Below, piece after piece: positions 9,463 to 17,429 of a DNA stretch of 64,000 bases. Numbering within the stretch: the first letter of the stretch is position 1; each line of letters starts with the position of its first letter. The DNA comes from a virus. The translations under genes and the position numbers were made by a program. The notes beneath the pieces were generated by a model. The model made no database searches, was not told the DNA's origin, and saw only the letters and a program-made list of their open reading frames with translations. The DNA is taken from the IMG/VR virus record IMGVR_UViG_3300010885_023630, positions 32,001-96,000 of that record; one strand, written 5' to 3'.

Positions 9463-10403
9463 AAAAAGTATTAACTATATTATTAATGAGCCTGGCTACA
9501 CTAGCTGGCGCACAGACAACATTCCCTAACAAGCCAGTTAGATTTATTTTGTCGTTACCGGCCGGTTCCGGCCCCGACGTTGTGTCCAGAAAAGTAGCAG
9601 AGGTCTTATCGGAAAAATGGGGGAAGCCTGTTATTGTTGAAAACAAGCCTGGAGGCGGAGGTAGCATTGCTATCAATTATCTTGACAATGAACCCGGCGA
9701 CGGATATAATATTGGATTTTTTGACGCAGGTGCTATTGTGTCGTATCCTGTGTTGTATAACAAGCCAGAATTAATTGCCACCATTGAACCAATTCGTCCG
9801 TTATTTACAGCACACATGGCATTGATTACTTCCACAGACATTAAGAACTTTAACGAACTTAAACAATTAATGGCCAGTAATACTAATTACGGATCATGGG
9901 CAGTCGGGTCATCTGGGCACTTATCTGGTGCCGAGTTTGGCGCTCAAATTCGCACAGGTATGGATCATGTTGCTTATAAAGAGTACCCAGCGTGGTATAT
10001 TGATATTTCTAATAAGCAAATTGCGTACGGGTTTGGTAGTATCGGGTCGTCACGTGCTATGCGTGAGGCAGGACGTATTCACTACTTAGGTATTTCAGCT
10101 AGTAAGCGTGATCCAAACTGGCCCAACGTGCCCACTATTAAAGAACTAACAGGTGTAGAATTAAAGACTCCCCCAAGTTGGTTAGCATTTTATATTCGCA
10201 AGTCCGTGGACAAAAACATTAAAGTACAAATAGAAAAAGACATGCGAGAAGCCGCGCAAGATCCTCGCGTTAAAGAAGCTATTGCTAAATTAGATTATGT
10301 TGATTACGGTTCTATGTCGTTGCCAGAGTTTAATCGGTTGGTAGCACAAGATATTGTTAATTATGGAAATGTTGCTAGAAAGTTTAACATTAATGTACAA
10401 TAA
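9459..10403 (+). CDS. Bug/TctC tripartite tricarboxylate transporter substrate-binding protein
   Basis: Signal peptide, FPNKPVRFI..PAGSGPD..R, VIVENKPGGGG, GSSGHL, PNVPTIKE. Confidence 0.9.
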   Translation: MKKVLTILLMSLATLAGAQTTFPNKPVRFILSLPAGSGPDVVSRKVAEVLSEKWGKPVIVENKPGGGGSIAINYLDNEPGDGYNIGFFDAGAIVSYPVLYNKPELIATIEPIRPLFTAHMALITSTDIKNFNELKQLMASNTNYGSWAVGSSGHLSGAEFGAQIRTGMDHVAYKEYPAWYIDISNKQIAYGFGSIGSSRAMREAGRIHYLGISASKRDPNWPNVPTIKELTGVELKTPPSWLAFYIRKSVDKNIKVQIEKDMREAAQDPRVKEAIAKLDYVDYGSMSLPEFNRLVAQDIVNYGNVARKFNINVQ

Positions 10404-11865
10404 TAAAATCGTAACAAGACATTGCGTCAATCCAGACATAATCATACATCGTCATAATATCGACGGTACTCCTACACGCTCATGGAATTACCAAGAGTTT
10501 AGTGATATGGTTAATTTCTGGAAAGTAATGCTAGTAGAAAAATATGATCCTAAGCCCGGGCAAAAGGCGTTTGTGTATGGTACTCCAGGTATACACTATT
10601 ATACAGCACTATTTGCCGCAATAGAACTAGGACTTGTTATGATTATCGACTGGCCGCATTGTCGTAGCGAGGAAGACTTTAAGAGTTATAAAGTTAATAT
10701 GTTCGGTAAGTTGGATTTTGTTATTACTGAGCGTATAGATTTTTTACGACCCGAGAGTCCAGAGTATCAGCCATGGGAACATGCTCGCAATACACAATTA
10801 TCGAATACTCAAGTATATTTTGATGAGTTAGACACGTATACTATACAAGATAATTCCAGGTACGAAGAAATTTCTAATCGTATTGTTCCTAAACCCGACG
10901 ATATAATGCTTGAGTATTGTAGTAGCGGCACAACCGGTACTCCTAAAAAATTATACGAAACTCATAAAAAGATATATCGTATGGCTGAACGTTTAGGGAA
11001 ATACTTTGGATACAAGGCTGACGATAAATGCTTACACACTAACAACATACACCACGGTGCTAGTTTGTGTTACTACTGGTTACCTACATTTATGATTTGC
11101 CGCGAGCATTATAGTCAGGATCCTAGAGTATTGCTTTCATTGGACTGGATTAGAAAAGAAAAAATTAATCAAATGTTTTTATATCATCCGTCAATGTTGC
11201 TATCTTGGTTAGTAGGAACTAAACCAGTTGATCATGAAGTTAATATTGTTACACTATATCAGATTACCAAAGAAGTTGCTGGCTTAATGAAAGAAAAAAA
11301 TATTACTAGTGTACAAACTAGCTTTGGTGACACTAGTATTGGGTTAGGATTCTTTATTAAGAAAGTTACACAGGAAACTGATTTAGCATCGTATAATGTT
11401 ACTAATATGGGCCCACAGCTAGATGATAATTTTTTCCTACTAGAAGTCAGAGACGGTCTGTTGTATATTTCGTGTCCCGAAATGGGCGAAGGTTGGCGCA
11501 CTAGCGACGATGTGTTTGATTTAATCGATGGTGACTTTTATTTTAAAGGTCGCGCAAATTTATACAGAATCAATGACGAATGGATTTCATTGAATCAACT
11601 AATAGATAAAGTAAATCAGTTATTTGGGGAAAACAAAGCGGCAGTTGTAGTTGATGCTGACGCACAAAAATTATATTTAGGTGTGTGGGAAGAAAATCCC
11701 GAAGCCGAACAAAAGTTTAACGAGTACTTAGAATCGACGTGGCAATTACTTAGACTGTCTTATGTATTACGCGGTTACACCTACGATGACTTTTACAATA
11801 GTCGAAAAATTGATAACTCCAAAATTCGAGATTATTGTCGTACTCGATTAGGTTTATCTTCTTAA
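10393..11865 (+). CDS. Adenylate-forming (ANL) enzyme, copy 2 (paralog of 7954-9462)
   Basis: SSGTTGTPK, NIHHGAS, SFGDT, RTSDD..KGRAN, RKID. Co-linear with copy 1. Likely start ATG 10393. Confidence 0.8.
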   Translation: MYNNKIVTRHCVNPDIIIHRHNIDGTPTRSWNYQEFSDMVNFWKVMLVEKYDPKPGQKAFVYGTPGIHYYTALFAAIELGLVMIIDWPHCRSEEDFKSYKVNMFGKLDFVITERIDFLRPESPEYQPWEHARNTQLSNTQVYFDELDTYTIQDNSRYEEISNRIVPKPDDIMLEYCSSGTTGTPKKLYETHKKIYRMAERLGKYFGYKADDKCLHTNNIHHGASLCYYWLPTFMICREHYSQDPRVLLSLDWIRKEKINQMFLYHPSMLLSWLVGTKPVDHEVNIVTLYQITKEVAGLMKEKNITSVQTSFGDTSIGLGFFIKKVTQETDLASYNVTNMGPQLDDNFFLLEVRDGLLYISCPEMGEGWRTSDDVFDLIDGDFYFKGRANLYRINDEWISLNQLIDKVNQLFGENKAAVVVDADAQKLYLGVWEENPEAEQKFNEYLESTWQLLRLSYVLRGYTYDDFYNSRKIDNSKIRDYCRTRLGLSS

Positions 11866-11872
11866 CTTATTA

Positions 11873-11881
11873 TGTTATACT
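11873..11881 (+). promoter_or_regulatory. Extended -10 promoter for gp46
   Basis: TGtTATACT with ATG 6 nt downstream. Confidence 0.55.
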
Positions 11882-11887
11882 AACTCA

Positions 11888-13657
11888 ATGTTTAAAATAA
11901 AAACTCTAACGGTTAAAAACTTTATGAGTGTAGGCAATACTACACAAGCGGTTGATTTTGATCGACGTGACTTAACACTGGTTTTGGGCGAAAATTTAGA
12001 CTTAGGAGGAGACGACTCCGGCGCACGAAACGGTACAGGTAAAACAACTATTATCAACGCATTGAGCTATGCCCTGTACGGTAACGCCCTTACTAATATT
12101 AAAAAAGACAATTTGATCAATAAGACCAATACCAAAGGCATGATGGTTACTATTGATTTTGAAAAAGAAGGAGAATTATATCGTATTGAGCGTGGGCGTA
12201 AACCTAACATAATGAAATTTTGGGTCGGTGATAACGAAAAAGAAATCACTGATGACGCACAAGGTGACAGCAGAGAAACACAAGCAGACATTGAACGTAT
12301 GCTAGGCATGAGCCACGACATGTTCAAACATATTGTAGCTCTTAACACCTACACTGAACCTTTTCTTGCCCTTAAAGCAAACGATCAGCGTACCATCATT
12401 GAACAATTATTGGGCATTACACTACTAAGCGAAAAAGCCGATCGTCTTAAAGAACAAAACAAAGCAACTAAAGATGCTATTACACAAGAAGAGTTTCGTA
12501 TTAAAGCTGTTGGTGATGCCAACAAGCGTATTGAAGAACAAATCGAAGCACTTAAACGTAGACAAACAATGTGGATCAATAAACATGCTGAAGATACAGG
12601 GAAATTACAAACCGCTCTCAGTGAGCTACTCAAAATTGATATTGATGCGGAAATTGCGGCACACAAGGCTCTTGCTGAATATAAGTCAAAGAAGAAAGAT
12701 ATCACTGATTTATCATCCTATATTTCACGATGCGAACAGGACGAAGTACGTGAAAATCGGCTTATTGAAAAGCTCAGGAAAGACATTGCGGCACTCAAAG
12801 ACCATAAGTGTCACTCCTGCGGGCAAGATCTCCACGACGAAAAACACGAGTCTAATTTAACCAGCAAGAAAAAAGAGCTACAAGAAGCTGCATTACAAGC
12901 ACTATCTACAAACACGCAGTGGATGGAACTCACAGATGCGCTTAAAGAGCTAGGCGAGCTAGGCGTTAAACCAGAAACGTTTTACGACAAAGAAGAAGAT
13001 GCTATCCATCATCGTAGTACGTTAGCTAACTTACAGCAACAAATTGAAACCAAGTCCACAGAACAAGATCCGTACCAAGAACAAATTCAAGAAATGTCAG
13101 AACAGGCACTAGAGGAAATTAGCTTTGACCTTATTAATGAACTTACAAATGTCAAGGATCATCAAGAGTTCTTGTTAAAACTATTAACAAACAAGGATAG
13201 TTTTATCCGCAAACGAATTATTGATCAGAATTTAAGTTATTTAAATGCCCGCTTGGGACAATACCTGGACCGTATTGGCTTACCACACACAGTTAAGTTT
13301 AACAACGACTTGACTGTAGCCATTACAGAATTAGGTAGAGATCTAGACTTCGACAACTTGAGTCGTGGAGAACGTAACCGCTTGATTTTATCCTTGAGTT
13401 GGGCGTTCCGCGATGTTTGGGAAAGCCTATATCAACCCATTAACTTGTTGTTCATTGACGAGTTAGTAGACAGCGGTATGGATAGTTCCGGAGTTGAAAA
13501 CTCTTTAGCTATCCTAAAAAAGATGAGTCGTGAAGCTAACAAGTCAATTTGGTTAGTGTCACACAAGGATGAGCTAGCGGGTCGTGTCAACAATACACTA
13601 CACGTAGTTAAAGAAAATGGATTTACAAGTTACAACACCGACGTCGACATTGCTTAA
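11888..13657 (+). CDS. gp46: Recombination ATPase subunit (Rad50/SbcC-like)
   Basis: Walker A NGTGKTT, zinc hook CHSC, signature LSRGE, Walker B LLFIDE, SH loop. Confidence 0.93.
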   Translation: MFKIKTLTVKNFMSVGNTTQAVDFDRRDLTLVLGENLDLGGDDSGARNGTGKTTIINALSYALYGNALTNIKKDNLINKTNTKGMMVTIDFEKEGELYRIERGRKPNIMKFWVGDNEKEITDDAQGDSRETQADIERMLGMSHDMFKHIVALNTYTEPFLALKANDQRTIIEQLLGITLLSEKADRLKEQNKATKDAITQEEFRIKAVGDANKRIEEQIEALKRRQTMWINKHAEDTGKLQTALSELLKIDIDAEIAAHKALAEYKSKKKDITDLSSYISRCEQDEVRENRLIEKLRKDIAALKDHKCHSCGQDLHDEKHESNLTSKKKELQEAALQALSTNTQWMELTDALKELGELGVKPETFYDKEEDAIHHRSTLANLQQQIETKSTEQDPYQEQIQEMSEQALEEISFDLINELTNVKDHQEFLLKLLTNKDSFIRKRIIDQNLSYLNARLGQYLDRIGLPHTVKFNNDLTVAITELGRDLDFDNLSRGERNRLILSLSWAFRDVWESLYQPINLLFIDELVDSGMDSSGVENSLAILKKMSREANKSIWLVSHKDELAGRVNNTLHVVKENGFTSYNTDVDIA

Positions 13658-14609
13658 TTATCGACGCATTCATATTGAGTTGAGCAGTAAGTGTACATTA
13701 AAGTGTCCGCGCTGTCCGCGAACGGAGTTACAGCCCGAACAACTTAACAGAGAAATTAGTTTGTTTGAGTTTCAACGTGCGTTTAGTTCTGACATACTTA
13801 AAGACATACAGGAAATAACATTCTGTGGTGATGTAGGAGATCCTATATATGCTCGAGACTTTTTACGTATTGTAGAATATATCAAGAAGTCGCGTTTTAA
13901 TATCAGTTTGATTATTGTTACTAACGGTAGTTACAAATCTGAGCTGTGGTGGCAAGAGTTGGGTATGTACCTGCGTTACAATGATAAAGTTACGTTTAGT
14001 GTGGATGGGTGGGATCAAGTCAGCAACGAACAATATCGTGTCAATTCGGACTTTGATAGTATAGTTGCTGGCGCTCGTGCGTTGAGAAAAGTAACTCGAG
14101 CGCAGATGAATTGGTCTGCTATCTATTTTAAATTTAACGAAAGTAAAATGCACTGGATACAGGACCTCGCACGTGATTTGGGGTTCGATACCTTTGAGTC
14201 TGTGCTAAGTTCAAAAGTTGATGGTAGATATTTAATCAACGGAGTAGATCCACTAAAGCCATCCAATGGCTACGTTGCTGGTACTAGCCGGTACGAAGTT
14301 AAAACAGAAAAACTTAATGGCAAGGTACCTATTGTATTTTACGACAAGGTAGATCGTCATCCCTGGGCCAAATGTATGAACTGGGAAAAGGAAATGTTTA
14401 TTAATGTAGACGGATTGGTATTTCCTTGTCCCTGGTTTAATAGTGGCTACTTAGAAAACGATTTTGTAGATAAGCATAGAGATAAAATTAATATTAAAAC
14501 TAGAACACTAAAAGAAATCTTAGCAGATCCTCTGTGGGAAGAACTACACACACGATTTGCTGTGGGCCCATTAGAGATTTGTCGATTAAAATGCGAGAGC
14601 TGTCAATGA
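13650..14609 (+). CDS. Radical SAM enzyme with C-terminal SPASM/twitch domain
   Basis: CTLKCPRC motif; C-terminal C...INVDGLVFPC...CRLKC. Start uncertain (TTG 13650 or ATG 13617). Confidence 0.85.
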   Translation: MLNYRRIHIELSSKCTLKCPRCPRTELQPEQLNREISLFEFQRAFSSDILKDIQEITFCGDVGDPIYARDFLRIVEYIKKSRFNISLIIVTNGSYKSELWWQELGMYLRYNDKVTFSVDGWDQVSNEQYRVNSDFDSIVAGARALRKVTRAQMNWSAIYFKFNESKMHWIQDLARDLGFDTFESVLSSKVDGRYLINGVDPLKPSNGYVAGTSRYEVKTEKLNGKVPIVFYDKVDRHPWAKCMNWEKEMFINVDGLVFPCPWFNSGYLENDFVDKHRDKINIKTRTLKEILADPLWEELHTRFAVGPLEICRLKCESCQ

Positions 14610-15865
14610 GTAATGTATTTTGTAATATTCCTTGGGTAGAAGTCCATATCAATGCAGATGGGACTTACCATACCTGCGGCGCACAAACCAATCGTATCAG
14701 TGGCACAGAAGAAGCTAAACTGTACAATGTACACAACATGACTATTCCTGCGTGGATCAACAGCGAGCATCAGCGCAGGGCTAGGATTAATAAACTTAAT
14801 AACATACCTGAGTCTGCTTGTGCTATGTGTTATCACGAAGAAAGTTTAGGTAGTAGTAGTAAGCGAGTTAAAGAAAATTTAAAAAGCGGCATTACTGAAA
14901 ACAATTTTGAACTTACATTTATACACAGTAAAGACTATCCCTTGTTTGATTATTCGGCACGTAACAAAGGCTTAACTGATTTTGATCGTCCTACCAGCTA
15001 TCATTTAAGTTTAGGTAACGAATGTAATTTGGCCTGTAAAATGTGTGGGCCTACTGCTAGTAGTCGACTGGCTGTACAAATGATCAAAGAAGGTACATAT
15101 TCTGGCCCGGCACGTATGAACTGGACCGAAGACGAAACAGCGTGGAATCACGTAGTAGACTACATTTGCACTACCGAAAACCTAAAGTTTGTACACCTAA
15201 TAGGCGGGGAACCATTGATGAATCCTCGCTTCGAACAGTTGATAGATAGGCTTTTAGCAGCCAAAAAGACAGATATTTACTTAGGGTTTACTACCAACGG
15301 CACTATGTTTAACCACAATTTAATGACTAAATTATCGGCATTTAGGCACGTAGATGTAGGAGTTAGCATAGAGTGTTGGGGCGAATTAAACGACCTAGTA
15401 AGGCAAGGTTCTACTACACAAACCGTGCTAGATAACATAGATCAGTACTTGAAATACCGTCGACAGGCACACATTTACGTTACGCTACGGGCAGTACCTA
15501 GCGCACTTACAGTACACACGCTAGACGAATTGTATAAGTGGTGTATTACTCGCGAGCTAGATGTGGTAACTAATATATTGGTAGAACCCGAATATCAACA
15601 GATATCGCAACTACCAAAAGAAATTAAAGAACGGTTAATAGCACGTTATGAGCTATGGCAACATAGCGAGCCAGCACCTGCTGACAGTAATCCTAGAGAC
15701 CCAACTTGGTTTAAACAACATATCGATAACGAAATTATGGCAATCATCATGGCACTCAAACAAGAACCCGAACACAATTTAACTGATGAACTTTACGATA
15801 AACTTGAACTTTGGGGTTGGTTTGACCACCCAGAGGTGAAAAAATATTTCTTCATATGCGATTAA
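14606..15865 (+). CDS. Radical SAM enzyme with N-terminal twitch/SPASM domain
   Basis: N-terminal CNIPW...DG.YHTC...CAMC, then CNLACKMC, GGEP and TTNGT. ATGA overlap with the upstream gene. Confidence 0.85.
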   Translation: MSNVFCNIPWVEVHINADGTYHTCGAQTNRISGTEEAKLYNVHNMTIPAWINSEHQRRARINKLNNIPESACAMCYHEESLGSSSKRVKENLKSGITENNFELTFIHSKDYPLFDYSARNKGLTDFDRPTSYHLSLGNECNLACKMCGPTASSRLAVQMIKEGTYSGPARMNWTEDETAWNHVVDYICTTENLKFVHLIGGEPLMNPRFEQLIDRLLAAKKTDIYLGFTTNGTMFNHNLMTKLSAFRHVDVGVSIECWGELNDLVRQGSTTQTVLDNIDQYLKYRRQAHIYVTLRAVPSALTVHTLDELYKWCITRELDVVTNILVEPEYQQISQLPKEIKERLIARYELWQHSEPAPADSNPRDPTWFKQHIDNEIMAIIMALKQEPEHNLTDELYDKLELWGWFDHPEVKKYFFICD

Positions 15866-15879
15866 GATAACTAGTATGC

Positions 15880-16308
15880 ATGACTTGGCTTTACGAAACT
15901 TCCACTATAGAAACCTTACCAGAGGACTGTATCGGATTTGTTTATTTGATTACAAATAACATTTCTGGCAGGAAGTATATTGGAAAAAAATTAGCCAAGT
16001 TTAGTAAAACAACATACAAAGTAGTTAAATTAAAAAACGGCAAGAAGAAGCGTAAAAAAATCAAAGGCAAAATTGACTCTGATTGGCAAACCTATTACGG
16101 CTCAAATATTGAACTCAATCGAGACGTAACAGCATTAGGCGAGGAAAACTTTACAAGAGAAATATTATTCTACTGTAAAAGCAAAGCAGAATGTAGTTAC
16201 ATTGAAGCAAGAGAACAATTTTCACACAAAGTGTTAGAATCTGACGACTATTATAACGGACATATACAAGTCCGTGTACATGGCTCTCATATTAAAAACA
16301 AACTCTGA
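15880..16308 (+). CDS. Stand-alone GIY-YIG (Seg-like) nuclease with a Lys-rich insert
   Basis: GFVYLITN...KYIGKK, W..YYGS, IEARE and YYNG motifs; no C-terminal DNA-binding domain. Confidence 0.8.
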   Translation: MTWLYETSTIETLPEDCIGFVYLITNNISGRKYIGKKLAKFSKTTYKVVKLKNGKKKRKKIKGKIDSDWQTYYGSNIELNRDVTALGEENFTREILFYCKSKAECSYIEAREQFSHKVLESDDYYNGHIQVRVHGSHIKNKL

Positions 16309-16330
16309 CATAAAGTCATTTCCCATTATA

Positions 16331-16700
16331 CAGTAGTAGGCTAGCGCAGGCTAAACTTCATGCGCCTATGACAACAGGACCTCGGGTCGCTGGGACGGAA
16401 ATCTCTTTGCTGTAAAAGAGTGCTTAACCACTATCCTTAACAGGACGAGGATCGCTAATTGCCGCGGTTTGGTTATTTGAAGAAATGAATAAGGCTGAAA
16501 AGACGCTCAAGCGATTGAGCACGGTTAATGCGTATGTTAGCGTATATGTATTAATCCGCCGTTGTAAAGACACAACTCGAGGTACCGGACAACCGCCTCT
16601 GTAATGTTGTAACGCTAAGTGACTGTGCTACTCGGATAATGCTACAGAACAATCTTTGCCCTTGAGCGGGCAAAGTGTGACCAATTAATCTGGATAATAC
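16331..16700 (+). ncRNA. Candidate large structured non-coding RNA (unassigned family)
   Basis: ORF-free, with consecutive stems: 16344-48/16361-65, 16375-81/16385-92, 16403-08/16415-20, 16425-30/16470-75, 16505-10/16515-20 (GCGA loop), 16523-36/16543-56, 16579-82/16596-99, 16654-61/16668-75. Loop 16537-43 is complementary to 16612-18. Boundaries are approximate. Confidence 0.65.
16619..16698 (+). repeat. Duplicated bipartite motif GTGAC-N9-YGGATAAT (period 58 nt)
   Basis: GTGAC tgtgctact CGGATAAT (16619-16640) and GTGAC caattaatc TGGATAAT (16677-16698). Confidence 0.75.
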
Positions 16701-16732
16701 TAAAAAACAACAATATTAAATCAAAGAAAAAA

Positions 16733-16836
16733 TGTTGTGAGCGTAAGCGAAACAACAGACTTACGTAGTAAGTCTTAAATGAATCATACAATCACAGAGA
16801 TACTTAATATGTTCCTTGCGAACATATGATTCATTT
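16733..16836. other. Cluster of inverted repeats / hairpins at a convergent gene junction
   Basis: TGTTG..GC-GTAA-GC..CAACA (16733-57), AGACTTAC-GTA-GTAAGTCT (16757-75), and AAATGAATCA...TGATTCATTT enclosing or competing with ATATGTTC-N5-GAACATAT. Confidence 0.6.
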
Positions 16837-16854
16837 TCTTAGATAAACACTAGA

Positions 16855-17088
16855 TTATTTGTTTTTCCAGATGCCATATAGAACCCAAATTGCTACGAGT
16901 CCTACTAGTCCTTGACTACCAATTGCGGCAATGATTGAAGTAACATTTGCTGTTACGGATACTGCCGGGAAGAATGGTATTGCCATACCCTTGAATAAAA
17001 TTTCTAATACAATAGCTAGGGCTATAATGCTTACACCCACATCTGCTAATGTGTTAGACCATTTCTTAATTTGAGTTAAGATTTCCAT
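16855..17088 (-). CDS. Small two-TM membrane protein (late-expressed)
   Basis: Two hydrophobic segments; strong AAGGAG RBS; late promoter at 17130-17135. Confidence 0.75.
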   Translation of the reverse strand: MEILTQIKKWSNTLADVGVSIIALAIVLEILFKGMAIPFFPAVSVTANVTSIIAAIGSQGLVGLVAIWVLYGIWKNK

Positions 17089-17201
17089 TTTACGTCTCCT
17101 TTTAAAAACCAGTATTGCTACCGGTAAGTTATTTAGGTACCGGTTTGCAAAAATAGTAAGCTATTATTATACTTTTAACTAAGATGATACTTATTGTACC
17201 T

Positions 17202-17429
17202 CTAGAAAAATGGTAAACCTGACTCTTTAGTGGTTTCCATATTCTTTTTAATGATGTCTTTGATAAGGTCTCGTTCTTGATCGGACAACATTAACGCATC
17301 GTCATAGCTTAACCCGCCACGCATGTGCCAGCTAAAACTTAATGCTTCGTGTCTTATGGCTTTTGACTCTGAATCAAATTTATTTAGATACTCAACCACA
17401 CCCTCGCGGTCAAGAGTCAAAAGCCTCAT
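17202..17429 (-). CDS. gp51: Baseplate hub assembly protein gp51-like
   Basis: WHMRGGLSYDDALMLS..ER motif; ATGA-coupled to gp26. Confidence 0.55.
   Translation of the reverse strand: MRLLTLDREGVVEYLNKFDSESKAIRHEALSFSWHMRGGLSYDDALMLSDQERDLIKDIIKKNMETTKESGLPFF

Noticed and set aside
16619-16698. CRISPR mini-array
   Set aside because: Only two short bipartite units with 9-nt inserts; no 23-47-nt repeats and no cas genes.
16309-16854. Group I intron around the GIY-YIG gene, or tRNA, tmRNA or RNase P
   Set aside because: No interrupted host gene flanks it, and I could not find P7/J8-7, T-loop/CCA or RNase P P4 consensus by eye. A covariance search is still needed.
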